From a virus (taxonomy: Duplodnaviria; Caudoviricetes), in IMG/VR virus record IMGVR_UViG_3300032073_000039, positions 1 to 55,364 of that record: DNA of 55,364 bases; one strand, written 5' to 3'. Numbering within the stretch: the first letter of the stretch is position 1; each line of letters opens with the position of its first letter. A program made the translations under genes and the position numbers. The notes under the pieces are model-generated. The model was not told where the DNA came from, made no database searches, and was given only the letters and a program-made list of their open reading frames with translations. This document shows positions 39,102-49,001 of the stretch, one piece after another.

Positions 39102-39773
39102 ATGTTAAATACCAAAGAAATGAATGCTAATTCTGGTAAAATAAAACCAGTAATTAGTGTAGGAAATAATGTTGTAAAAATTAATAGTATTAATTTAAAT
39201 CAAACTCCTTATGATAAAGAAGCTTATAATGTAACTTTAAATGTAGAGACTAAACCAGTGACTGGTGATTTTCAAGGTTTCTTAAAAGATACAGCTGATC
39301 CAAATGGACCAAGATATGAAGGTCAAGTTGGTAGAGTAAGAATCTCTCAATATGCATTTAAGGATACAACATTACCTTCAGGTACAGAAATTAAAAGAGA
39401 TACGGAAATTCTTAGATCTCTTATTACATTATCTGAAGCTCTTGGTAAAAGAGATGACCTGGATTCTATTGAAGCAGATAACATAGATGATTTTGTTAAA
39501 TCAGCTGGTAATGTTTTATGTGATGATACATACATTAACGTATGTGTAGGTGGTAGAGAATGGGAAAATAATGATGGTTATATTAACTATGATTTATATT
39601 TACCAAAAATAACAAGAGAAGGTACACCAGTAGAATCTCTTGATGTAGAAAATTCAAATCTACTTAAATTTGATGAAGCTAAACATGTAAGAAAATTACA
39701 GAAAAAAGAGCAAAAATCAGTAGCTTCTTTTGAGCCTGCATCAAATGGAGTAGCTGATGACTTTGATTTATAA
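39102..39773 (+). CDS. Probable single-stranded DNA-binding protein
   Basis: Follows the Sak4-like gene; beta-rich; acidic tail VADDFDL. Confidence 0.55.
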   Translation: MLNTKEMNANSGKIKPVISVGNNVVKINSINLNQTPYDKEAYNVTLNVETKPVTGDFQGFLKDTADPNGPRYEGQVGRVRISQYAFKDTTLPSGTEIKRDTEILRSLITLSEALGKRDDLDSIEADNIDDFVKSAGNVLCDDTYINVCVGGREWENNDGYINYDLYLPKITREGTPVESLDVENSNLLKFDEAKHVRKLQKKEQKSVASFEPASNGVADDFDL

Positions 39774-39796
39774 TATATAGATAGTCTAGTTTTAAC

Positions 39797-39831
39797 AAGA
39801 GAGCTGTCATTATGATGGCTCTCTTTTTTTT
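39797..39831 (+). terminator. Terminator
   Basis: aagagagctgtca/tgatggctctctt stem plus U-tract. Confidence 0.8.
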
Positions 39832-39845
39832 ATTACATTTGATTG

Positions 39846-40817
39846 ATGATAAGCACTAAAAATATTGTTATAGATATTAATAATGTGCCTAGCTATTGGA
39901 TTTTTGAATACTTTTTAAATTTACCAGAAAAACTAATAGGACAAGATATAAAGATTAAATCTATATGGAATCCTAAAGAGAGAACGGCAAGTATGAGCAT
40001 CTATGTTTGTAAAAAAACAAGAACTTATAAATATAAAGATTTCTCTACTGGTAAATCTGGTGGTAAAGTTAATCTAGTTGCAGAACTTTATGGTATAAAC
40101 GTAAAGCAAGCAGTTCCTTTAATTATAGATATATATAATAAACATGCAGATAAAGAAAATTTAACTACTATTACTCCTCAGAGTAAGTGGGAAGTTGATT
40201 TTGTTCAAACACGTGATTGGTGTCAACATGATGCAGATTATTGGTTAAAATTTAGAATTGGTAAAAAGTTATTAACGGAATATAATGTAAAACCTGTTGA
40301 GTATTTTAATTTTATTAAAGTAAATAACAATGAAACACAAAAAAATACCATTAAAGGAGATAGTATGTATGCATACTATAATAATGATGGTAAACCAATA
40401 AAAATATATCAACCTCATAATAAGAAATTAAAGTTCTTAAATCTTGAAGTTTATTTACAAGGATTAGATCAGTTAACTTATAAACAACCATATTTAATTA
40501 TATGTTCTTCATTAAAAGATGCAATGTGTCTTAGAAGCTTTGGATATAATGTAGATGTTATTGCTCCTAGTAGTGAAAACAGTCTAATTAAACCTTATAT
40601 AATTAAAAATTTACAATCAAAATATAAAAAGTGCATAACCTTCTTTGATAATGATGAAGCAGGTCAAAAAGCAATAGATAAGTACAAATCAGTATATAAT
40701 ATAAATGGATTTTATTTACCAATATGTAAAGATTTATCAGATGCTGTTAGTCAGCATGATTTTATGGAGATTCATAAGACATTAAAACCTTTACTGAAAC
40801 AAACACTACAATTATGA
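39846..40817 (+). CDS. DnaG-like TOPRIM primase
   Basis: YKDFSTG, SSLKDAM, FDNDEAG, KDLSD. Confidence 0.85.
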   Translation: MISTKNIVIDINNVPSYWIFEYFLNLPEKLIGQDIKIKSIWNPKERTASMSIYVCKKTRTYKYKDFSTGKSGGKVNLVAELYGINVKQAVPLIIDIYNKHADKENLTTITPQSKWEVDFVQTRDWCQHDADYWLKFRIGKKLLTEYNVKPVEYFNFIKVNNNETQKNTIKGDSMYAYYNNDGKPIKIYQPHNKKLKFLNLEVYLQGLDQLTYKQPYLIICSSLKDAMCLRSFGYNVDVIAPSSENSLIKPYIIKNLQSKYKKCITFFDNDEAGQKAIDKYKSVYNINGFYLPICKDLSDAVSQHDFMEIHKTLKPLLKQTLQL

Positions 40818-41185
40818 AATGGTTTATACCAGGTAATGTACCTTCTAGTAAGAATGGTAGACGTTGGACAGGCAAGTACTTTATAGCAAGTAAAACTGTT
40901 ATGAAATATAGGAAAGATACAAACTCCTATTATGATAAATTTTCAAAACCCTTTAAGAAAGAGTTTGATAAGCATAAACTACCTGTTAAAGTTGCATTTA
41001 CATTTATACGTGGTACAAAACATAAATTTGATTACATCAATCCTGCACAAACAGTGCAAGATGATATGGTTAAACACGGATGGATTGAAGATGATAATAT
41101 GAATTACATAATACCAGTGTTTAAAGAATATAAATATGACAAAAAAGATCCAGGAGTAATAATAGAAATAATAAAAGATGAGTGA
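40814..41185 (+). CDS. RusA-like Holliday junction resolvase
   Basis: VPSSKN, FDYIN...QDDMV...IEDDN, PGVIIEI. Confidence 0.75.
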   Translation: MKWFIPGNVPSSKNGRRWTGKYFIASKTVMKYRKDTNSYYDKFSKPFKKEFDKHKLPVKVAFTFIRGTKHKFDYINPAQTVQDDMVKHGWIEDDNMNYIIPVFKEYKYDKKDPGVIIEIIKDE

Positions 41186-41540
41186 AGTAATTTATAGAAA
41201 ACTAAGTAAAATAATATTACAACTAAGAGATAAAAATATACCACAAGTAGAAATATACTTTGACGGATCAGGTGATAGTGGTCAAATAGAAGAAATAGAA
41301 CCATGTACTGATGGAGATGATAAAGATATGGGTACAATTGATTCAAACCTACATTCATTAATTGAAGACTATGCATATGATAAAATATGTGAAAAAGTAG
41401 ATGGAGTTGGTGATTGGGTAAACAATGATGGTGGTTATGGATATATGTATATTAATGCAGATACTAGAAAAGTAAGCATACAATACTACCAAAGAACTAC
41501 AGAAGAACATGACTGGTCAGATTTAGATGTATTTAAATAA
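41178..41540 (+). CDS. DUF6878-like acidic protein
   Basis: FDGSGDSGQIE and WVNNDGGYG motifs. Confidence 0.6.
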   Translation: MSEVIYRKLSKIILQLRDKNIPQVEIYFDGSGDSGQIEEIEPCTDGDDKDMGTIDSNLHSLIEDYAYDKICEKVDGVGDWVNNDGGYGYMYINADTRKVSIQYYQRTTEEHDWSDLDVFK

Positions 41541-41887
41541 TGGCACATCCTGAACTTCATTCTAAAAGTTCTGTAAGAAAATGGGGCGGTGATATTCAAG
41601 ATTATATAAAGATTCATCAATGGTTTGATGAAACTAAATCATGGATTGGACACTCTACACATAGAATGTTTAGACATCATTCTGAAGGTATATTTCAGTC
41701 TGAGAAAATATTTGGAAAAAGTTTTACAAATTCTGATGGTAAAACTGTATATACAAGATATGTTGGTGAACAGCATGTAAAAGAAGATTGCAATAATTAT
41801 ATTCCTTCTGCTAAAGAATGGATGGTTGCTATTAATTCTAGTAATAAACCTAAATGGATGTTAAAAACAATAAAAATAGAAGACTAA
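41540..41887 (+). CDS. DUF6915-like His-rich protein
   Basis: MAHP..HSKSS.RKWGG, IH.WFD.TK, HRMFRHHSEG, EQHVKED. Confidence 0.6.
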   Translation: MAHPELHSKSSVRKWGGDIQDYIKIHQWFDETKSWIGHSTHRMFRHHSEGIFQSEKIFGKSFTNSDGKTVYTRYVGEQHVKEDCNNYIPSAKEWMVAINSSNKPKWMLKTIKIED

Positions 41888-42288
41888 TGGAAAAATTAAA
41901 ATTAGAAAAACTAGATGACTTTAAAAATTTAGTAACAATGCTTGAAGCAAGTAAAGAAGATTTTGAAGTTGCAATAAAAATTATAGAAAACTTAAATATA
42001 GATCCAATATTTCATGCTTTATTTATGAAATGTTTAACTTTTGATAAAAGGGGTAAATATTCAACTTACTTCTTTGAGCATGTATTTCAAACAAAAGATA
42101 AAAAAAGAAATTTTTTTACAGATTATAAAGAGTTAGAACTAAAGGAGCTATATATAAAAGTAAAGATTCTAAATAATCAATTATGTAAAGATATATTTGA
42201 TCATGTAATGATGACTTTACTTAATGCAACATTTGAAGACTATGATTTCATAGATTCAGAAAAAACTAAAATGACAATAAAATGGTAG
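41887..42288 (+). CDS. Hypothetical helical protein
   Basis: Start revised to ATG at 41887 (TAATG coupling). Confidence 0.6.
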   Translation: MEKLKLEKLDDFKNLVTMLEASKEDFEVAIKIIENLNIDPIFHALFMKCLTFDKRGKYSTYFFEHVFQTKDKKRNFFTDYKELELKELYIKVKILNNQLCKDIFDHVMMTLLNATFEDYDFIDSEKTKMTIKW

Positions 42289-43436
42289 CAGATTTAATAT
42301 CAAAAGCAACTAAAACATTAATATTCAAGGAGCCCTTTTACGGGCTCTTTTTGATTGGCCTTAATAAGGTTTATATAAAGAGTATACCAACAGCAGGTGT
42401 TAGTAAACACGGTGTTGGCGTACAGCTTGCAATTAATCCTGATTTTGTATTAACACTGTCTGATAAACATAAAATTGGTTTATTAAAACATGAGTTATTA
42501 CATATATCATTTGGTCACCTATTAGTTAGAGATTTATATTCTAATAAAAAGTTATTTAATATAGCTGCTGATCTTGAAATTAATCAATACATAGATAATG
42601 AATATTTACCAGAAGGTGGATTAACATTAGATATGTTTAAAGAATTAAATCTTAAAGAAAAAGCAGGTACAAAATACTATTATGATGAATTATCAAAAGC
42701 TCAAGAAGATGGGACATGTGATACACTTGAAAGCTTACTGAATCAAATGGACGGTACAAGTGAATATTGTCATCAAACATGGGATGAGGTTGAAGAGTTA
42801 CCGGAATCTGCTAAAAAACTTATTCAGAAACAGATTGAACATCAGCTAAAAGAAACAGCTGAACAAACTGAAAAAAGATGTGGTAATATACCAGGTGAAT
42901 TAGCAGACTTAATTAGAAAACTAACTCATATTGAACCTCCTAAATTTGATTGGAAAGGATATCTTAAAAGATTTGTTGGTAATTCTAGTATTGTATATAC
43001 AAAAAAAATGAGACGTAAATACAATAAAAGATATAGTGCAAATCCAGGACTTAAAATTAAATTCAAAAATCATATACTTGTTGGTGTTGATACATCAGGA
43101 TCTGTATGTAATGAAGAACTTCAAGAGTTTATGAATGAAATTACACATATGCATAAAACAGGTCATAAGATTACCGTTGCACAGTGTGATACACAAATAA
43201 ATTCTATTGAAGATTTTAATCCAAAAAAAGATTGGGAAATTAAAGGTAGAGGTGGTACATACTTTCAACCTGTAATTGATCATTACAACAAACACGGGCG
43301 TTATACAGCTCTTATATATTTAACAGATGGTGAAGCTAGTGCTCCAAATGATTGTCCTATTAATTCATTATGGGTACACAGTTCTAAGAGTAGAATAAAT
43401 GAAGACTTACCAGGTAAAAAAATACAATTAAACTAA
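42282..43436 (+). CDS. Putative metallopeptidase plus vWA protein (DUF2201-like)
   Basis: HELLH, FNIAADLEIN, MIDAS DTSGS, GRGGT, LTDG. Confidence 0.85.
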   Translation: MVADLISKATKTLIFKEPFYGLFLIGLNKVYIKSIPTAGVSKHGVGVQLAINPDFVLTLSDKHKIGLLKHELLHISFGHLLVRDLYSNKKLFNIAADLEINQYIDNEYLPEGGLTLDMFKELNLKEKAGTKYYYDELSKAQEDGTCDTLESLLNQMDGTSEYCHQTWDEVEELPESAKKLIQKQIEHQLKETAEQTEKRCGNIPGELADLIRKLTHIEPPKFDWKGYLKRFVGNSSIVYTKKMRRKYNKRYSANPGLKIKFKNHILVGVDTSGSVCNEELQEFMNEITHMHKTGHKITVAQCDTQINSIEDFNPKKDWEIKGRGGTYFQPVIDHYNKHGRYTALIYLTDGEASAPNDCPINSLWVHSSKSRINEDLPGKKIQLN

Positions 43437-43441
43437 AAATT

Positions 43442-44701
43442 ATGGCAGAAGTAAATTTAAATATTGATGAATTAAAAGGTTTTGTAAACCACATAATAAA
43501 GAATAATAGATTCTTACAAGAATCAGGTAAAAATCCGGTTGCTGTTGAAGTACTTGGTGAATCAGGTATTGGTAAAACATCAACCATTATAGAATTAGCA
43601 CAAGAAAATAATTTACATTTTGTAAAGCTTAATCTATCTCAAATAGAAGAGCTTGGTGACTTAGTTGGTTTTCCAACACGTCAATTTCAAATGTTTAAAG
43701 AAAAGAAAGTTTCCATACCACATAATAGTTTATCATATGGGTCTACCGCTGCTGCTGCTGCAGATGTTGCTAAAATGAAAACTGTAACAAAAAAAGTAGG
43801 TACATGGGTAAATGAGTTAGCTGTGCAAGAATATCTAAAAAATGGATATCAAATGACAGGTAAGAATAGAATGTCTTATTGTGCACCTGAATGGATTGCA
43901 GATGTTAAGGATGGTGGTATACTATTACTTGATGACTGGAACCGTGCAGACGTAAGATTTATTCAAGCTGTTATGGAATTAGTTGATAGACAAGAATATG
44001 TTTCTTGGAAATTACCTAAAGACTGGCATATTATATTAACCGCAAATCCAGATAATGGTGACTATATGGTTAATTCAATAGATGCAGCTCAAAAGACAAG
44101 ATATATTACAGCAAATCTAAAGTTTGATGTAGATGTATGGGCTCGTTGGGCAGAAAGTGCAGGTATTGATTCAAGATGTATTAACTTTTTATTGTTGCAT
44201 CCTGAGCTTGTAACACAAGAAACTAATGCAAGATCAATAACTACATTTTTTAACTCTATCTCTAGTTTTGAATCATTTCAAGATAACTTACCATTAATTC
44301 AGTTAATTGGTGAAGGATCAGTAGGTGATGCATTTGCATCTATGTTTACCACCTTTATTAATAACAAACTGGATAAACTGGTAACTCCTAAAGATTTATT
44401 AACTCATGATAATGAGCAATATATTCTTGGTGAATTAACATCTTGTATTGGTAAAGGAGATGCATATCGTGCAGATATTGCATCAACACTTGCAACAAGA
44501 CTTGCTAACTTTTCTGTAGTATATTCTAAAGAAAATACAGTTAGTCAAAAAATTACAGATAGACTTGAAGCATTATGTACTAAAGATATATTTACTAATG
44601 ATCTTAAGTATTTAATAGTAAGAACTATATTCAATGGCAACAAGAGTAAGTTTAATAAACTTATGATGAAGCCAGAGATTATTAAAATGACAATGAAATA
44701 A
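43442..44701 (+). CDS. MoxR-like AAA+ ATPase
   Basis: GESGIGKT, LLLDDWNRA, TANP; paired with the vWA gene. Confidence 0.85.
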   Translation: MAEVNLNIDELKGFVNHIIKNNRFLQESGKNPVAVEVLGESGIGKTSTIIELAQENNLHFVKLNLSQIEELGDLVGFPTRQFQMFKEKKVSIPHNSLSYGSTAAAAADVAKMKTVTKKVGTWVNELAVQEYLKNGYQMTGKNRMSYCAPEWIADVKDGGILLLDDWNRADVRFIQAVMELVDRQEYVSWKLPKDWHIILTANPDNGDYMVNSIDAAQKTRYITANLKFDVDVWARWAESAGIDSRCINFLLLHPELVTQETNARSITTFFNSISSFESFQDNLPLIQLIGEGSVGDAFASMFTTFINNKLDKLVTPKDLLTHDNEQYILGELTSCIGKGDAYRADIASTLATRLANFSVVYSKENTVSQKITDRLEALCTKDIFTNDLKYLIVRTIFNGNKSKFNKLMMKPEIIKMTMK

Positions 44702-44702
44702 A

Positions 44703-45743
44703 ATGGCAAATAAATCAATATATCAAGATTATAATAATGATGCATTGAAACATTTTTCATTAGAGAATGAGCCCTTCTATGGGCTCTACTCTAGTGGAAT
44801 TGATGATGTGCTTATAACAGAAGATTCTGATGATTATAACAAGATTGCTAATATTTTAGAAAAAGAAACAATCAATGTTGATCAGAATTTTAAAAAAAGT
44901 AAATATAAAAGAGCATTTATTCTACCTGGATCAGGATTGACACAAGAAAGAATAAAAGCATTGTGTAAAGAACATAATATTACAGTTACTAATGATTATG
45001 AGAAAGCTGATGTTATTATAACAAATTATAATGTTAATGAAACTTTTAATGATTCAGAAAACATAAATCTTAAAAGACTAATGTATAGTTTAGATAACTA
45101 CTATGCTTATGGTGATACTAATGGAGGTTTTCCTGCTATAGATAAATATCATAATAAAGTTATTTATACACCTAAATGGGATTTCGTAAACCAATATAGG
45201 TGTACTGATGAAGTTGATCTTTATGATGTTTATGCTATATCAGGTTTAGCTTTAAATATTGCTTATTTAGTTGATACTGGAGTTTTAGATGTAGTTCATG
45301 AAGACACAATTGTAATCTGTTCATCATCTAATACTATATTAACTGAAGATTTAGTTGAAGAGTTATCAGATTGGTTATCATCTGGAGAAGAAAATAGAAA
45401 TCTAGCAGGTAAAATATTACCTACAATAGATTATAGTAAAAATCATCACTTGCTTTGGAGATTATCTCAAAGGATAAATAACAATCTTTGGCCTTTTAGA
45501 AGAGATAAAGATGTACAATATTGGTTAGAACAGTCACAACTTGAAGATTATTATCACATGAATGCTCAAGATATGATTGAACATTTAGAAAAATTAGATT
45601 TGTTAAATGCAGAAAACTTTAAGTATTTAGAGCCTGAAGTTAGAAAAACAATTAGTATTTCTAATAGAGATCTTTATGTAGTTAAAGTGGCAGTTAAAAA
45701 AAAATATAGAAAATTTTATGAAAAAAATAGTGAAATTAGTTAA
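44703..45743 (+). CDS. Hypothetical protein with BRCT-like segment
   Basis: FILPGSGLTQERIKALCKEHNITVTNDYEKADVII. Confidence 0.55.
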   Translation: MANKSIYQDYNNDALKHFSLENEPFYGLYSSGIDDVLITEDSDDYNKIANILEKETINVDQNFKKSKYKRAFILPGSGLTQERIKALCKEHNITVTNDYEKADVIITNYNVNETFNDSENINLKRLMYSLDNYYAYGDTNGGFPAIDKYHNKVIYTPKWDFVNQYRCTDEVDLYDVYAISGLALNIAYLVDTGVLDVVHEDTIVICSSSNTILTEDLVEELSDWLSSGEENRNLAGKILPTIDYSKNHHLLWRLSQRINNNLWPFRRDKDVQYWLEQSQLEDYYHMNAQDMIEHLEKLDLLNAENFKYLEPEVRKTISISNRDLYVVKVAVKKKYRKFYEKNSEIS

Positions 45744-46818
45744 TGTTATAATATCTAATGAATTTAACAATAACGCAGAATTTAATAAAATAGAAATTAA
45801 TGATAATATAAAATTTGGATTTATAAATGAACTAAGTGGTAGTTGGAGTAAATATCATGTTTATGATTTATTTAAAATTATTAAACCAAATGCACAAGAT
45901 AAATCATTTTATAGATATCCAAAACTTACATTACCAAGGGATAAGTTTTCAATTATTAAAGAAAAATATAATTCTACTATTACAAGAAAAAAAGATACAG
46001 CAGATTATAAAATTATATCTGATAAATTTGTAAGTAGTTTATATGAAGGTAGTTGGAATAAATATAAGTCCTATGATGATTTAGTTGAATTTTATAAAAA
46101 GGTCAATAGTTTTTTTGATGAAAATGTTAAACATGTAATTGAAAATCTTATAGAAAAAGGTAATCATACATATGTATATAATATAGCTGGTTTTAGTGGA
46201 TATTATAATTACACTAATTTTTCAACAAAAGAAAAGGCAGCAATTAAATTTATCATAGATCATATAAATCATGAAAATGATAAAAGTTATTTTCATATAA
46301 AAGAACTAGAGTTATTCAAAGAACTATATATGTCAAATAATTTAGTCCTTGATGAAGATGTATTAGATTTTGCAACTGAAGATTCAGTGGTACTTGATGA
46401 AGAAGCATTTAAAACTCTTGAATCAATGTGTACAAGTGAAGATTCTGCAAATCTTGCAATTGCTTTAGAAATGATGGCTAATTGTAATATAAAAAAATCA
46501 TATGATATAATAGCATATATGTTTTGGTTTTATACTGATCATATTAAATATGCTAAAAATTGGCAAAGTGTAAATGTTAAATCATTAAAAAAAGTTTTTA
46601 ATAGTTATGATAGATCTCCTGATCATAGAAGATCACATGGGTATCAGAAGCTTGTTAGAAACTTATTAAAAGATTCAGCATGCACAGAGTTTATAAAAGA
46701 TAAAATTAAAATTAAATACTTTAATATGGTAATTAAACATTGGATTACAGAACATGGTCCTTTTGATGTTAGCATTGAAAGTTTAGTTTTTAAAGATCTT
46801 GATAAAATAGAAGTATAA
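45718..46818 (+). CDS. Hypothetical protein, probable paralog of 44703..45743
   Basis: FYRYPKLTLPRDKF...ITRKKDTADYKII plus a shared helical motif. Confidence 0.55.
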   Translation: MKKIVKLVNVIISNEFNNNAEFNKIEINDNIKFGFINELSGSWSKYHVYDLFKIIKPNAQDKSFYRYPKLTLPRDKFSIIKEKYNSTITRKKDTADYKIISDKFVSSLYEGSWNKYKSYDDLVEFYKKVNSFFDENVKHVIENLIEKGNHTYVYNIAGFSGYYNYTNFSTKEKAAIKFIIDHINHENDKSYFHIKELELFKELYMSNNLVLDEDVLDFATEDSVVLDEEAFKTLESMCTSEDSANLAIALEMMANCNIKKSYDIIAYMFWFYTDHIKYAKNWQSVNVKSLKKVFNSYDRSPDHRRSHGYQKLVRNLLKDSACTEFIKDKIKIKYFNMVIKHWITEHGPFDVSIESLVFKDLDKIEV

Positions 46819-46822
46819 TAAA

Positions 46823-46887
46823 GGAGGAATGCCATAATTGATTGTTAGGGTGTATGTTCTTAGACTCACATGCATCCTGCTTCCTCC
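46823..46887 (+). ncRNA. Structured RNA with bulge antisense to the MCP start
   Basis: Stems GGAGGAA/TTCCTCC and AGGGTGTATGT/ACATGCATCCT; 46830-46846 is identical to 13778-13794. Confidence 0.6.
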
Positions 46888-46906
46888 CTTTAAAAAATAA
46901 CAAAGA

Positions 46907-47893
46907 ATGACTGATAAACAAATGGAAGAAAAGTTTTATACTAAAGATTTTAGTTTTAGCTATTCTTCATTAAATAAATTATTATTTTCACCATCCTTAT
47001 TTTATAAGGACTATATACTTCTTGATAAAGAAATAAAAACAGATAAACACCTTATTGAAGGTAGGCTTGTACACTGTTTGTTATTTGAACCAGATGAGGT
47101 TAAAAATAAATTTAATATTGTACCTGGTAAAACACCAAGTGATAATATTAGAAAAGTAATGAAAGATATGTCATTATACACAGATGAAAAGCATCTTAGT
47201 AAAGTTGAAGACCGAATAATACTAAGTTCTTTAATGCATATGAATCTTTATCAATCTCTTAAAACAGATGAGCAAAGAATAGCTAAAGTAAGAATTGAAG
47301 ATAATGAACCTTATTGGAATTTCTTAGGTAACAGTGCTATAGATGTTATAGATCAAGATACTTTAACTAAATGTACAGAGTATGTTAATATAATTCAATC
47401 TAATGATGATGTTATGAAGTTATTTTCTAATGAATCTGAAACAGATTTTGAATTAGATCCTATATCTATACATTGTGAGAAACCATTATCTTGTAAATTA
47501 GAAAATTATAATTTTGGTTTAAAAGGTATCATTGATTTCTATAAAGTAGATAAGCAAAAGAAGGTTGTTACAATATGTGATTTAAAAACAACCAGTAAGA
47601 CTATTGCTGATTTTAAAGAGACAGTTGAATTCTATAATTATTGGCTTCAGGCCGCCATATATTCCAAATTAGTTTATGAAAATTTAGATGAAGATGCTGA
47701 AATGTATGAAATTTTATTTAAATTTGTTGTTATAGACAAGTACAACCAAGTGTATGTATTTGATGTAAGAGAGGAAACACTAGGGATTTGGGCAAATGGA
47801 CTAGAAAACGTAATTAAGAGAGCAAATTATCATTATACAAAGAAAGAATACCACCTTCCCTATGATTTTCTTATAGAAAAAGTTAAATTATAG
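46907..47893 (+). CDS. PD-(D/E)XK exonuclease (RecE/ExoVIII-like)
   Basis: SYSSL, GRLVHC, KGIID, DLKT, YWLQAAIY. Confidence 0.8.
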   Translation: MTDKQMEEKFYTKDFSFSYSSLNKLLFSPSLFYKDYILLDKEIKTDKHLIEGRLVHCLLFEPDEVKNKFNIVPGKTPSDNIRKVMKDMSLYTDEKHLSKVEDRIILSSLMHMNLYQSLKTDEQRIAKVRIEDNEPYWNFLGNSAIDVIDQDTLTKCTEYVNIIQSNDDVMKLFSNESETDFELDPISIHCEKPLSCKLENYNFGLKGIIDFYKVDKQKKVVTICDLKTTSKTIADFKETVEFYNYWLQAAIYSKLVYENLDEDAEMYEILFKFVVIDKYNQVYVFDVREETLGIWANGLENVIKRANYHYTKKEYHLPYDFLIEKVKL

Positions 47894-47894
47894 T

Positions 47895-48485
47895 ATGGAC
47901 ACAGTGTATACAAAGTATTTCCAAAAGAGTAAAGTATTTTTATATCCTTTACTTGGTATAAAGAAAGGTGCAGAGTTTGTCCCAGCAGAAACATATATCT
48001 GTTGGGATGGTCTCTATGAACCAAAAGACCAAAAATATATATTAGTATATAATGAAGAAAGATCAGATAAGTTTATATTATTTGAGGGTAGACAAATAAA
48101 AAAGAATCCTCATTATCATGATTGTTATTACATAAATAATAAAAAACATATTTATGTTTTTGATCTAAGTGATAAAGCTCATGATTATGATATGTTTATT
48201 AAAGGTTATTTTTCTAAGTTTAGTTTAGAAACTAAAAACAAAATATTAAATTATTTTGGTAATATTGGTAGAATATCTGATTACATTAAAAGTTTTATTG
48301 AACCAGATGAATACCACACAGAATATGCTAAAGAATTAGATGTAAGTCTAGATTTAGTTAAAGAAGTATATGAATTATGTTCACCTCCAGATTTAGTTAA
48401 AGAAACATTAAATGAAAAAATTCCAGAAGAAATAACATTGCTAGATAATAAATCACTATATTTGGATAAAATCAACAAAAAATAA
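47895..48485 (+). CDS. Hypothetical protein
   Basis: ORF. Confidence 0.65.
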   Translation: MDTVYTKYFQKSKVFLYPLLGIKKGAEFVPAETYICWDGLYEPKDQKYILVYNEERSDKFILFEGRQIKKNPHYHDCYYINNKKHIYVFDLSDKAHDYDMFIKGYFSKFSLETKNKILNYFGNIGRISDYIKSFIEPDEYHTEYAKELDVSLDLVKEVYELCSPPDLVKETLNEKIPEEITLLDNKSLYLDKINKK

Positions 48486-48488
48486 ATT

Positions 48489-48905
48489 ATGAGTGTAGGA
48501 CAAAACATGATGTTAATGACATCAGCATTTAGAAATGTAAAATCATTTTCTTTATTTCCAGTTAGTAATGACTGCCCATACGTTGAAGCAATGTATGACC
48601 CAACATCAGGCATTTTAGCCGTTATATCAAAAAATAAGAAGCAATCTTTTCACATGCTTCCTAGATTAAGTGAAGATGGACAACCTCAAAGATTGAGGAC
48701 TCCGGATAAAGCCACAGGTAAAACAGTAAAAGAACAAAGAGTAAGTATGGAAACTTTTTCAGAATTTTATATTACAGAAAAAGATGAAATTGAGAACTTT
48801 GTAAATATCTTTGGTATTAATGCTGAATCTTTTGATTATCAACAGTTTACAAAAATAGAAGAAAAGGAAACAAAAGTTTCCAATCTTATATTAGATGCTA
48901 AGTAG
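48489..48905 (+). CDS. Hypothetical protein
   Basis: ORF; canonical TATATTTG -7 box about 30 nt upstream. Confidence 0.65.
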   Translation: MSVGQNMMLMTSAFRNVKSFSLFPVSNDCPYVEAMYDPTSGILAVISKNKKQSFHMLPRLSEDGQPQRLRTPDKATGKTVKEQRVSMETFSEFYITEKDEIENFVNIFGINAESFDYQQFTKIEEKETKVSNLILDAK

Positions 48906-48952
48906 GAGATCTTACAACTCTCGCTTATCTCTTATTCCTATTTAGTATCTAT

Positions 48953-48979
48953 AAGGTGGTTTTTACCACCTTTTTTTTT
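48953..48979 (+). terminator. Terminator
   Basis: aaggtggt/accacctt stem plus U-tract. Confidence 0.8.
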
Positions 48980-49001
48980 GACAATTTTTAAAATTAATAA
49001 T

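Noticed and set aside
46860-46867. Apical loop TTAGACTC matching 1810-1817 near the phosphoesterase start
   Set aside because: Only 8 nt, which is expected by chance
27049-49001. Track start sites at 27049, 28411, 33560, 37822, 41854 and 48978
   Set aside because: Downstream ATGs with A-rich leaders or stop/start coupling fit better
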